Below, in pieces: positions 1-8,400 of a stretch of DNA of 37,927 nucleotides (positions are counted from its first letter, which is position 1; each line of letters starts with the position of its first letter). Source of the DNA: Candidatus Tenderia sp. (GTDB taxonomy: Bacteria; Pseudomonadota; Gammaproteobacteria; Tenderiales; Tenderiaceae); assembly GCA_043779675.1 (NCBI GenBank), contig JAYWDX010000188.1:1-37927 (forward strand). Reading direction: 5' to 3'. The position numbers were made by a program, and so were the translations under genes. The notes under the pieces were generated by a model. That model worked only from the letters and a program-made list of their open reading frames with translations, was not told the origin of the DNA and ran no database searches.

Positions 1-48
1 CGCAGGACGGTCCGGGCAAAAGGAATTAGCTGTCGCGTAAGCGAGTCA

Positions 49-74
49 ATTTATGGCATGGACGCCATAAATTG
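49..74 (-). terminator. Hairpin downstream of phoU (10-bp stem aatttatggc/gccataaatt, 6-nt loop); possible terminator
   Basis: Perfect inverted repeat read directly, about 25 nt past the phoU stop. No clear U-tract follows on the minus strand. Confidence 0.3.
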
Positions 75-96
75 CTCACGAGGTAGCGACACAATC

Positions 97-798
97 TTAT
101 TTGTGAAGCTCTTCTTCCATCTGTTCAACGCTGATGTGCCTGACATTTTTACCCTTGACCAGGTAGATGATGTACTCACACATATTTTTGGCGTGGTCGC
201 CGGTGCGCTCCAGCGCCCGAGCGGCCCAGATCACATTGAGTACCCGTTTAATGGTGCGTGGATCTTCCATCATAAATGTCATGTTCTGGCGCATGATGGC
301 TTCATATTCGTGGTCAACTTGCAGATCCATCTTCGCTACGGTGATGGCAGCATCGACATCCATGCGCACAAAGGCATCGAGGGCACCGTGAATCATCTTC
401 TGCACATGGCTGCCGAGTGACTGGATCTCAATGTAACCGTTGCGGGGGCGCTCCATCCCAGCCAGCTCTTTTGCCATTTGGGCGACTTTTTTGGCTTGGT
501 CGCCCATTCGTTCCAGATCACTAATGGTCTTGATAACGGCAATCACCAGTCGCAGGTCACCGGCGGTCGGTTGGCGGCGGGCGAGGATGTGGGTGCACGC
601 CTCATCAATCTCGACCTCCATGGCGTTGACCTTGTAGTCACCCGTGATGACATCTTCTGCCAGTTCGATGTTGCCTTCAGTCAGTGCGATGACTGCATTC
701 ATGGTCTGTTTTTCAACCAGTCCACCCAAGGCAAATACATGATTGCGCAGATGCTCCAGCTCAGAATCAAACTGTTGTGATATGTGATGTTTATCCAT
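97..798 (-). CDS. phoU: Phosphate signalling complex protein PhoU
   Basis: The 233-aa ORF has the typical PhoU two-repeat helical sequence (MDKHHISQQFDSELE..., paired E/DxxxD-type repeats). It is the last gene of a pstCAB-phoU arrangement. Confidence 0.95.
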   Translation of the reverse strand: MDKHHISQQFDSELEHLRNHVFALGGLVEKQTMNAVIALTEGNIELAEDVITGDYKVNAMEVEIDEACTHILARRQPTAGDLRLVIAVIKTISDLERMGDQAKKVAQMAKELAGMERPRNGYIEIQSLGSHVQKMIHGALDAFVRMDVDAAITVAKMDLQVDHEYEAIMRQNMTFMMEDPRTIKRVLNVIWAARALERTGDHAKNMCEYIIYLVKGKNVRHISVEQMEEELHK

Positions 799-827
799 GG
801 CTCTCTCCAGTGTAGGCGTTGTGTGGC

Positions 828-1664
828 TTAACCATAACGACCGGTAATGTAATCCTCGGTCTGTTTTTTGCCAGGATTAGTGAACAGGGTGTCTGTGCTA
901 GCCAGTTCAACCAGGTCTCCCATGTGCATAAAGGCGGTGTAGTCGGAGACACGCGCCGCCTGCTGCATGTTGTGGGTGACGATGATGATGGTGTAGGTCG
1001 ATTTCAGTTCGTAGATCAGTTCTTCGATCTTCAGGGTCGAGATTGGGTCGAGCGCCGAGGCTGGCTCATCGAGCAGCAGTACCTCCGGCTCGATGGCGAT
1101 GGCGCGGGCAATCACCAGGCGTTGCTGCTGGCCGCCGGAGAGGCCGAAGGCGCTGTCGTGCAGACGGTCCTTCACCTCTTCCCAGAGCGCAGCACCCTTG
1201 AGTGAGTTCTCCACCGCCTCGTCAAGCACGCGGCGTTCCTTGATCCCCTGAATCCGCAGGCCGTAGGCGACGTTTTCATAGACCGATTTGGGGAAGGGGT
1301 TGGGTTTCTGGAATACCATGCCAACACGGCGGCGCAGGGCGGAAACGTCAACTCCCCGGGCGTAGATGTCCTCGCCGTCGAGCAGGATCTGCCCTTCGAT
1401 GTGGACATCATCCACCAGATCGTTCATGCGGTTGAAGCAGCGCAGCAGTGTCGATTTTCCGCAGCCGCTGGGGCCGATGAAGGCGGTGACGCGCTGTTTC
1501 GGGATGGGCATGTTGATGCCGTTGAGCGCCTGTTTGCCGCTATAGAAAAGCCTGAGGTCTTTCACCTCAAGGGCGTTTTCGATTGGCCCGCTGCTCTGTG
1601 CCGCACGCTCGCCGGTGATGGCACCAAGGTCAATGCCGTGTGTCATGGTTGCAGATTTCATCAC
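828..1664 (-). CDS. pstB: Phosphate ABC transporter ATP-binding protein PstB
   Basis: Walker [13 protein letters not shown] signature LSGGQQQR and Walker [12 protein letters not shown]. PstB-type sequence and operon position. Confidence 0.95.
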   Translation of the reverse strand: MMKSATMTHGIDLGAITGERAAQSSGPIENALEVKDLRLFYSGKQALNGINMPIPKQRVTAFIGPSGCGKSTLLRCFNRMNDLVDDVHIEGQILLDGEDIYARGVDVSALRRRVGMVFQKPNPFPKSVYENVAYGLRIQGIKERRVLDEAVENSLKGAALWEEVKDRLHDSAFGLSGGQQQRLVIARAIAIEPEVLLLDEPASALDPISTLKIEELIYELKSTYTIIIVTHNMQQAARVSDYTAFMHMGDLVELASTDTLFTNPGKKQTEDYITGRYG

Positions 1665-1689
1665 TTAAGTTTCCGTCTCTTGAATTTGG

Positions 1690-3348
1690 TTACTGTTCTA
1701 GCGCTTTGTATTTTTCACGCAAGCGGTTACGGATGGTAATAGCTGCCAGCGTGAGCACAACAATTACAATGACCAGCAGTAGCGCGGTTGCATAGACCAG
1801 TGGCCGGGCTGCTTCGATGTTGGGGCTCTGGAAACCGACGTCATAGATGTGGAAGCCCAGGTGCATGAACTTGCGATCCAGGTGCAGGAAGGGAAAGTTG
1901 CCATCCAGCGGCAGTGATGGCGCCAGCTTCACTACACCCACCAGCATCAGCGGCGCCACTTCACCGGCAGCGCGGGCAATCGCCAGAATCATGCCGGTCA
2001 TGATCGCCGGGCTGGCCATGGGGATGATGGTGCGCCACAGGGTTTCGGCCTTGGTGGCGCCCAACGCCAGGCTCCCTTCACGGATGGAGCGCGGGATGCG
2101 TGATAGTCCCTCTTCGGTGGCGACGATTACCACGGGCATCGTCAGTAACGCCAGGGTGAGGGAGGCCCATAGCAGCCCCGGTGTGCCAAAAACAGGTGCC
2201 GGCGAGGACTCGGGGAAAAACAGGCTGTCGATGGAGCCACCGAGAAAGTAGACAAAAAACCCCAGTCCAAATACACCGTAAACAATGGCCGGCACCCCGG
2301 CAAGATTGTTGACGGCGATGCGGATGGTGCGCGTGATAAACCCCTGCTTGGCATATTCGCGCAGATAGATAGCGGCGATGACACCAAAGGGGGTCGCCAG
2401 CATCGACATGATGATGACCATAATGACGGTGCCGAAGATGGCGGGGAAGATTCCCCCTTCGGTATTGGCCTCACGGGGATCCTCCGACAGGAACTCCCAG
2501 ATCTTCTCGAAGTAGAAACTTGTTTTGGCGAAGATGGATAGTTTGTTAGGTTGATAGGCGCGCACTATCTTGGCCAGTGGCAGATCAACAACCTGGCCGG
2601 TAGGGACCTTAACGGTGACAGTGGCGCGAGTGATCTCGTGATAGAGTCCCTCCAACTTGCTTTGCAGCCCTTCATACTCCTGCTGCAGCGCCTCTGTTTC
2701 GAGTGTGATCTCGGAGAGATTTTCAGGCGAGGCCTCGTTATTCAGCTCCAGTTTGCGCTTTTTCAGGCGCAGCTGTTCCATGGAGTAGTTGATAGAACCA
2801 ATGTCGCTTTTTTCGATTTGGTGAATGGTTTTGAAGAGGGCCAGTGTTGTCTCAATCTGTTCCTGCAGCGGGTTCCATGCCATTGCGCCCTCGGCCACGA
2901 CAGCACCGTCTATTTTTAGCTGTTGCAGATCGCCGTGCAGATTGCCCCACTCCAGGCGTTCAAAGACGATGATGTCATTGGGGGTGGTGGTACCGCTGAT
3001 CAGGGGTTCGATGATCCAGCGAAAATCACTGCCATCAATATCGCGGTTGCCAACTTTAATCAGGTAACGTTTGATGCGGTCACTGCTGCTCTCCAGCGCG
3101 ACGCCGCTGTCGCGGATGCGTTCCAGCGACACCTCCTCTTTCTCGCGTAGCTCCCCCACCACCTGCACAATTTCGCCACCCTTGTAGGGGTCTTGGTACT
3201 GATAGGCGTGAATATCGGAGGGCCAGAAGTGGACCATGCCTCGTGCGATGATTAGACCGAGTAGACCGATCACCGCAAGCAGACAGATAGAGACAGCGCC
3301 AGCCGTTAGCCAGATCCAGGGGGTACCGCTTTTTATCCAGTTTTTCAT
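1690..3348 (-). CDS. pstA: Phosphate ABC transporter permease PstA (long form)
   Basis: The 552-aa ORF has an N-terminal TM helix, a large soluble insert and a C-terminal PstA-type permease core. It sits between pstC and pstB, and its start overlaps the pstC stop by 1 nt. Confidence 0.9.
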   Translation of the reverse strand: MKNWIKSGTPWIWLTAGAVSICLLAVIGLLGLIIARGMVHFWPSDIHAYQYQDPYKGGEIVQVVGELREKEEVSLERIRDSGVALESSSDRIKRYLIKVGNRDIDGSDFRWIIEPLISGTTTPNDIIVFERLEWGNLHGDLQQLKIDGAVVAEGAMAWNPLQEQIETTLALFKTIHQIEKSDIGSINYSMEQLRLKKRKLELNNEASPENLSEITLETEALQQEYEGLQSKLEGLYHEITRATVTVKVPTGQVVDLPLAKIVRAYQPNKLSIFAKTSFYFEKIWEFLSEDPREANTEGGIFPAIFGTVIMVIIMSMLATPFGVIAAIYLREYAKQGFITRTIRIAVNNLAGVPAIVYGVFGLGFFVYFLGGSIDSLFFPESSPAPVFGTPGLLWASLTLALLTMPVVIVATEEGLSRIPRSIREGSLALGATKAETLWRTIIPMASPAIMTGMILAIARAAGEVAPLMLVGVVKLAPSLPLDGNFPFLHLDRKFMHLGFHIYDVGFQSPNIEAARPLVYATALLLVIVIVVLTLAAITIRNRLREKYKALEQ

Positions 3349-5603
3349 TAGAGTGAGCTATATTTTTTCCGGAGTCGCTGACGTACAACTTCAGCGATAG
3401 TGTTAAAGAAGAAGGTGAAGATGAACAGTACCAACGCCGCCAGAAACAGGATTCGGTAGTGGGTGCCGTTGAGTTCGGATTCGGGCATCTCCACCGCAAT
3501 ATTGGCCGAAAGAGTACGCAGCCCCTGGAAGATGCTGAAGTCCATGACGGGGGTGTTGCCGGTGGCCATCAGTACAATCATGGTTTCGCCGACTGCTCGG
3601 CCAAAACCGATCATGACTGCTGAGAAGATGGCTGGGCTGGCGGTAAGCAGCACCACCCGTGTCAGTGTCTGCCAGGGGGTGGCGCCCAACGCCAGTGAAC
3701 CGATGGTCAGGTGTTTGGGCACGCCGAAGATGGCATCTTCAGTGATGGTGAAAATGGGCGGGATGATGGCAAACCCCATCGCGATGCCAACAATCATGGC
3801 GTTACGCTGGTCAAAATCAATCCCCATTTCATCCGCCATCCAGATACGCATGTCGCCGCCAAAGGCCCATATTTCGATGGGATGGCTCAGGGTAAAGGCG
3901 AGCCAGACGGTAAAGATAATTACCGGGATTAACAGTACGGCGGTCCAGCCGTCAGGGACGCGGGTATGGATGTGTTTTGGCAGCATGTGCCAGAGGTAGC
4001 TGCTGGTTAGAATTGCTAACGGTAATAACAGCATCAGACTGAAAATGGCGGGCAGGTAGTACTCCACCAGTGGCGCCAGCCATAGTCCGGCGAGGAAACC
4101 GAGGATAACAGTGGGCAGCGCCTCCATGACTTCGATGGTGGGTTTGATGGTAGAACGCATCTTTGGCGTCATGAAATAGGCGGTATAAATAGCGCCGAGG
4201 ATTGCCAGTGGGATGGCTACCATCATGGCGTAAAAGGCTGCCTTAATGGTGCCGAAGGCGATTGGAACCAGACTGAACTTGGACTCAAAGTCGTTACTGG
4301 CGGAGGAGGACTGCCAGATGTAGTCTGGCTCTTCATAGCTCTCGTACCAGACTTTTCCCCATAGTGATGACCATGATACCTCTGGATGTTCATTATGGAG
4401 GTGCAGGAAGTGGGTCTTGCCTTCAACATCTTCGATTAGTACGGCATCGGCGCGTGGAGCGATGGCTACACGGCTGGCGCTGCTACTGAGTTGGTGTTTC
4501 AGTACGGTGCGTCCTGATGTGGTGTGAAAGACCTCCAGTTCGCCGTTTTCATCAATGGCCATAAAGCCTTTGCGGAAGTACTCGGGGGTGAGGGTGGTCA
4601 ACCCGCTGGGCATCTCGAACTGACGGATTTTGGTCAGGTGATGGTCGTTGTTTTCATCTCGCACCTCGAACCATTGGCTGATTGTGCCGCCGCTGTCGGC
4701 CACCAAAATAGAGATGTCACCAGCGAGAAACTCCAGCCTGACAATCCGGTTGTCACCATTGACCGCAGTGACTTGTTCTTCCAGCACTGGCGCACTGCGG
4801 TCGGATATGTCGAAGCGGGCGATGGTCCCGGCGGTGGTGGCGGCGTAGACAACACGCTGCTCTTTGTCGAGTAGCAGATGGGATATTTTGCTGGGGGCAT
4901 TTTCGAGGGTGGTGGTATTGGTCTCAGTGGTGGTCTCGTCATCCATCATCGAGGTTTCGATGGTGAGTGTGGTCAACAACAGACGGCTATCGTTGGTCAG
5001 GGAGACCACGGTTGCCTGCTCCTCGTTGCTTTGCACGGCAAGTTTGGCGAGCGGGCGGCCGTTGCTGTCTATCTGAATCGGCGCGTCACCCAGTGGATAG
5101 CTAATGCGCGGCGTGATGGTGCGGACATTGTCAGGATAGCTGACGTCATACTCATGTTTGAGTACCTTTGTACTGCCGTCAGAGAGGCCAAAAGCGACAA
5201 TTCTGCTGGCGCCAGTGCCGGCGGCAAAGCTGGTGACGGTGACATCCTGGGGCAAGTTCAGTGGCAGCTGGGAAATGATCTTGCCATCATGGGTATTAAA
5301 GAAGGTGGTCTGGCCGTTGCTTTCAAAGCGGACGCCAACCTCGGCCTGCTCCTCCATCGCCAGATAGAGTGTGCTGGTGCCGCCATCATGTGGCAGTGTG
5401 TAATCGGCGCCCGTCTCAATTTTGCCGGGCAGGAACAACGGGATCACCACATAGAGTAGATAGGCAAAGATCAGGGTGATAGCGACGATGACACTGACAC
5501 CACCAATGCCAATCAGATGCCTGGCAAGCTTGTCTTTGAAACGGCGGCGGGCACGATGGCGAATGCTGCTCGGGTGATTGATGGGAGGAAGAAGTGCGGC
5601 CAT
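3348..5603 (-). CDS. pstC: Phosphate ABC transporter permease PstC (long form)
   Basis: The 751-aa ORF has an N-terminal TM helix, a long periplasmic beta-rich region and a C-terminal PstC permease core (GETMIVLMATGN). It is the first gene of the operon. Confidence 0.9.
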   Translation of the reverse strand: MAALLPPINHPSSIRHRARRRFKDKLARHLIGIGGVSVIVAITLIFAYLLYVVIPLFLPGKIETGADYTLPHDGGTSTLYLAMEEQAEVGVRFESNGQTTFFNTHDGKIISQLPLNLPQDVTVTSFAAGTGASRIVAFGLSDGSTKVLKHEYDVSYPDNVRTITPRISYPLGDAPIQIDSNGRPLAKLAVQSNEEQATVVSLTNDSRLLLTTLTIETSMMDDETTTETNTTTLENAPSKISHLLLDKEQRVVYAATTAGTIARFDISDRSAPVLEEQVTAVNGDNRIVRLEFLAGDISILVADSGGTISQWFEVRDENNDHHLTKIRQFEMPSGLTTLTPEYFRKGFMAIDENGELEVFHTTSGRTVLKHQLSSSASRVAIAPRADAVLIEDVEGKTHFLHLHNEHPEVSWSSLWGKVWYESYEEPDYIWQSSSASNDFESKFSLVPIAFGTIKAAFYAMMVAIPLAILGAIYTAYFMTPKMRSTIKPTIEVMEALPTVILGFLAGLWLAPLVEYYLPAIFSLMLLLPLAILTSSYLWHMLPKHIHTRVPDGWTAVLLIPVIIFTVWLAFTLSHPIEIWAFGGDMRIWMADEMGIDFDQRNAMIVGIAMGFAIIPPIFTITEDAIFGVPKHLTIGSLALGATPWQTLTRVVLLTASPAIFSAVMIGFGRAVGETMIVLMATGNTPVMDFSIFQGLRTLSANIAVEMPESELNGTHYRILFLAALVLFIFTFFFNTIAEVVRQRLRKKYSSL

Positions 5604-5634
5604 TGACTTAAGGGTCCTTCAGTTATGCCGGGCA

Positions 5635-5668
5635 ATCATACGTGTGCAATATTACAGAATTGTTACAC
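5635..5668 (-). promoter_or_regulatory. Pho-box-like promoter for pstC
   Basis: Minus strand reads GTGTAAC-AATT-CTGTAAT (5651-5668): two 7-bp direct repeats with 4-bp spacing, resembling CTGTCAT-AAAA-CTGTCAT. A TATGAT -10 candidate (5635-5640) follows after 10 nt, about 32 nt upstream of the pstC ATG. Confidence 0.45.
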
Positions 5669-6014
5669 TCATTTCACCTTAAGAAGTGTTGTGTAGTTGC
5701 TTGATTATGCTAAAAAATACCTTCAGGCTCTCTATCTCTGCTTGACAGGGTGTCGGAATGAAGATGGCGAGGGTGAAAGATACTATATATGTCTATTTGT
5801 CTCAAAGCACTGTTTCAAGGGACTCATCCCCATTTAACGTAGTTGCAACGGACTCCTTAGAACCTGTTCACGATCCTCTGAGCAGTAACGCCAAAAAAGC
5901 CAAATGGACAAACTGTAAACTGATATTGAGCTTTCTCTCGCAGTTCTTCCAGAGACGCCGACATTTCTCCAACCATGAAAGTGAGCGCTCAACAATCCAA
6001 CGTTTGGGAATGAC

Positions 6015-6064
6015 AGCACCAGCCAAAAGTAGGCGCTTGGCCTAGAGGCCCCTACTTTTGGCCA
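6015..6064. repeat. 50-nt palindromic module inside the IS5 transposase gene
   Basis: An 11-bp stem ccaaaagtagg (6023-6033) / cctacttttgg (6051-6061). The segment lies exactly between the codons for HTFA and VIPKRW and is 3n+2 long. A longer version is in the MITE at 20472-20550. Confidence 0.5.
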
Positions 6065-6414
6065 GGCGAATGTATGCAGTTCATTGCGCTTGGCAATCTG
6101 CACGGTCACGGTTTGCCCCCAATAGTCTTTGACGGCTTCGGCAAAGGGCTGGCCTGTGTAGCCAGCATCCGCCAGGATGCTCTGCACACCGGGCATCTGT
6201 GCCGCAATAGCGCCTTTGCTATCCGTCATGTTCGCCGTGGTCACGGCGATGGCATGAGGCAATCGGATGGTATCAACGGCAATATGCCGCTTGATGCCAG
6301 ACACTTTTTTTCCTGCGTCGTAGCCTTTTTTCTCGGCAGTATCGGTATTTTTTACGCTCTGGGCGTCAACGATGAGCAGACTGGGGGCATTCGTTACGTC
6401 CAGCCAGGATACGG

Positions 6415-6425
6415 GCCTCTGATAC
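6415..6425. repeat. Target-site duplication (left copy) of the IS4-family insertion
   Basis: gcctctgatac occurs immediately outside both IS4 ends (6415-6425 and 7934-7944). Confidence 0.75.
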
Positions 6426-7933
6426 GAATGGCACTTACTTAACTTCAACCATATGATTCAAAAGGATTAAAAAGACTGGTCCAAGGTGATAAGGTATAAG
6501 CTGCGAAACCAACACCCATCACCAAGGAACCAGTCAGAATGCATCGTAACCACAGTTCGCGAGAGTATCAACAACGGCGCGTCCACACCCATGCTGCGAA
6601 CACTGATTCTTACGATTTCTTCAATCTTCTGACCAGCTCACAATTGCTGAATGACGTGGAGTCACTGCTGCCCGATCATCGCGAAAGGCTGTTCCCGCCG
6701 ACAGAGACGTTATCGATGTTTTTGGCGCAGGCCCTAAGCACAGACCGTTCATGCCAGAAAGCTGTGAATGAAGCCGCCATCAAACGTTTGGCCGGTGGCC
6801 TGGCAGGATGCAGTACTCATACAGGCGCTTATTGTCAGGCGAGGAAAAGGCTGCCGACGGAGATGGTGAGCACGCTGTTCCATCGCACAGGGCAATTGAT
6901 TACGAAGCAGGCGCCCAACGCTTGGCATTATCAGAATCACCCCGTAAGACTGGTCGATGGTACGACGGTATCAATGCCAGACACGCCTGCCAATCAAGAG
7001 AGTTTTCCACAACCGAACAGCCAAAAGTCAGGATTGGGATTTCCCTTGTCTCGCGTTGTGGCGCTGATATGCCTGGGGAGTGGAGCGGTCCTCAATGCCG
7101 CCATTGGTCGTTGCCAGGGCAAGGGTAGTGATGAGCAATCTTTGTTGCGAACGATGCTTGACACACTCTGTTCAGGGGACATTCTGTTGGGTGATGCTTA
7201 TTACGCCAGTTATTTTTTGCTGTGTGAGTTGCAACGTAGGAACGTGAATGCAGTCTTTGAACAGCAAGGGGCACGGAAACGCAGCACCGACTTTCGCCGT
7301 GGCCAACGATTGGGTCAGCGCGACCATTTGATTGTACTGTGCAAGCCAAAGATTAAACCTGACTGGATGCCACTGGAGCACTACGAGCGCGCGCCTGAGA
7401 CATTGACGGTAAGGGAGTTGAAAACAGGCAATAAGATTCTGGTCACAACGCTACTGTGTCAAAAAGAGATGCCCAAGGCTGCGCTTAAAGAGTTCTATCG
7501 TAACCGTTGGCATGTCGAACTTGATCTGCGCAACATCAAAACCACGTTGGGCATGGATGTGTTGAGCTGCAAGACGCCAGAGATGGTCGTCAAGGAGATC
7601 TGGGTATATCTGCTGGCGTACAACCTGATCCGGCTAATCATGGCTCAATCCGCCTTATTGGCAGACAAGCAGCCCCGTGGGCTCAGTTTCAAGCACACTC
7701 TTCAACTTTGGGTAGCATGGAATCAACGAGGTATGGGTTATGAGGATGACGTGCTTTCAGAACTATTTGCATTGATTGCGCAACAACGGGTTGGAAATCG
7801 TCCAGGGCGTATTGAGCCACGAGCCATTAAACGACGACCAAAACCTTACCCTTTACTTACGAAGCCACGTGATCAAGCCAGAGCTGAGGTGAAGAAAAAT
7901 GGACATCCTAAGAAGGTTAAGTAAGTGCCATTC
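6426..7933 (+). mobile_element. IS4-family insertion sequence, 1508 bp, apparently intact
   Basis: Perfect 18-bp terminal inverted repeats gaatggcacttacttaac (6426-6443) and gttaagtaagtgccattc (7916-7933). It has an 11-bp direct duplication and a single full-length transposase ORF. Confidence 0.85.
6539..7924 (+). CDS. IS4-family DDE transposase
   Basis: The 461-aa ORF has DDE context (LVDGT, LGDAYY) and the Y-(2)-R-(3)-E-(6)-K signature in YRNRWHVELDLRNIK. The stop codon lies inside the right terminal repeat. Confidence 0.9.
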   Translation: MHRNHSSREYQQRRVHTHAANTDSYDFFNLLTSSQLLNDVESLLPDHRERLFPPTETLSMFLAQALSTDRSCQKAVNEAAIKRLAGGLAGCSTHTGAYCQARKRLPTEMVSTLFHRTGQLITKQAPNAWHYQNHPVRLVDGTTVSMPDTPANQESFPQPNSQKSGLGFPLSRVVALICLGSGAVLNAAIGRCQGKGSDEQSLLRTMLDTLCSGDILLGDAYYASYFLLCELQRRNVNAVFEQQGARKRSTDFRRGQRLGQRDHLIVLCKPKIKPDWMPLEHYERAPETLTVRELKTGNKILVTTLLCQKEMPKAALKEFYRNRWHVELDLRNIKTTLGMDVLSCKTPEMVVKEIWVYLLAYNLIRLIMAQSALLADKQPRGLSFKHTLQLWVAWNQRGMGYEDDVLSELFALIAQQRVGNRPGRIEPRAIKRRPKPYPLLTKPRDQARAEVKKNGHPKKVK

Positions 7934-7944
7934 GCCTCTGATAC
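7934..7944. repeat. Target-site duplication (right copy) of the IS4-family insertion
   Basis: gcctctgatac is identical to 6415-6425. Confidence 0.75.
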
Positions 7945-8216
7945 CTAATTTTTTTAATGCGCGCTCCAAGACGCTCACGCCCTCGGCGTCAGGCTTTCGC
8001 CACTTGGCAAAATAGGCATAGACCGTTGCCCATTGGGGGGTGGTCGCTGGGCAGCGCACGCCACTGACAGCCCGTCTTGAGTACATGGAGCACGCCACAA
8101 AACAGATAAAACAGATCCTCTGTACGTGGTTTGGTGACTTTTCGTGCGTTTTCCAAAAGTGGTTGAACAACGGCAAATTGTTCTCGAGTGATATCGCTGG
8201 GGTGTTTTTTTCTCAT
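7934..8216 (-). pseudogene. IS5-family transposase, N-terminal part (frameshifted)
   Basis: MRKKHPSDITREQFAVVQPLLENARKVTKPRTEDLFYLFCGVLHVLKTGCQWRALPSDHPP switches frame to WATVYAYFAKWRKPDAEGVSVLERALKKL at a homopolymer run (G6 on the plus strand, 8035-8040). The reading is cut by the IS4 insertion at 7934. Confidence 0.8.
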
Positions 8217-8354
8217 ACCCAGGTATTTTCAACTTGCCGCTCAAGATCGTGAACGGGTTCTTGCATGCGACACGTGTAAAGGAATTGAATTTAAGGCGAT
8301 GGATTTCACGTTGCGTTATACGTTTTTTGAAATTCACGCTAGATTGGTGATATG

Positions 8355-8386
8355 TTGTGGAATATGATGATTATCATGATAATTAT
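8355..8386 (+). promoter_or_regulatory. Candidate sigma70 promoter with an overlapping AT-rich palindromic operator, upstream of the response regulator
   Basis: TTGTGG (8355-8360), a 17-nt spacer, then GATAAT (8378-8383). The perfect 14-bp palindrome attatcatgataat (8370-8383) extends to 20 bp with one mismatched pair (8367-8386) and covers the spacer and -10. Confidence 0.3.
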
Positions 8387-8400
8387 TTATAGAGAGTGAT

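Larger units (their letters stand above)
5868..6425 (-). pseudogene. IS5-family transposase, C-terminal part (frame broken)
   Basis: Reads ...LIVDAQSVKNTDTAEKKGYDAGKKVSGIKRHIAVDT...ADAGYTGQPFAEAV...KRNELHTFA. After a 50-nt palindromic segment the conserved tail VIPKRWIVERSLSWLEKCRRLWKNCERKLNISLQFVHLAFLALLLRGS* continues in another frame. It stops at 5868-5870, inside the terminal repeat. Confidence 0.8.
5860..8260 (-). mobile_element. Degenerate IS5-family insertion sequence (about 0.88 kb without its insert), interrupted by an IS4-family element
   Basis: Terminal inverted repeats gaacctgttcacgatc (5860-5875) and gatcgtgaacgggttc (8245-8260), matching 15 of 16. Flanks are tta and ttg. The IS5-type DDE transposase is read in pieces on the minus strand. 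Confidence 0.8.

Noticed and set aside
1690-5603. Unusually long PstA (552 aa) and PstC (751 aa) as possible gene fusions or novel domains.
   Set aside because: Long-form PstC and PstA with large extra-membrane inserts are known from Pseudomonas-type pst operons. Nothing in the sequence indicates a fusion artefact.
5758-6045. A 95-aa plus-strand ORF at the left end of the IS5 element.
   Set aside because: It runs antisense to the IS5 transposase C-terminus and across the terminal repeat, with no RBS and no family resemblance.
8367-8386. Calling the palindrome upstream of the response regulator a bona fide Fur box.
   Set aside because: It matches only about 13 of 19 positions of the GATAATGATAATCATTATC consensus in my hand alignment, and the half-sites are in the opposite order. 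It is kept only as a generic operator-like palindrome.
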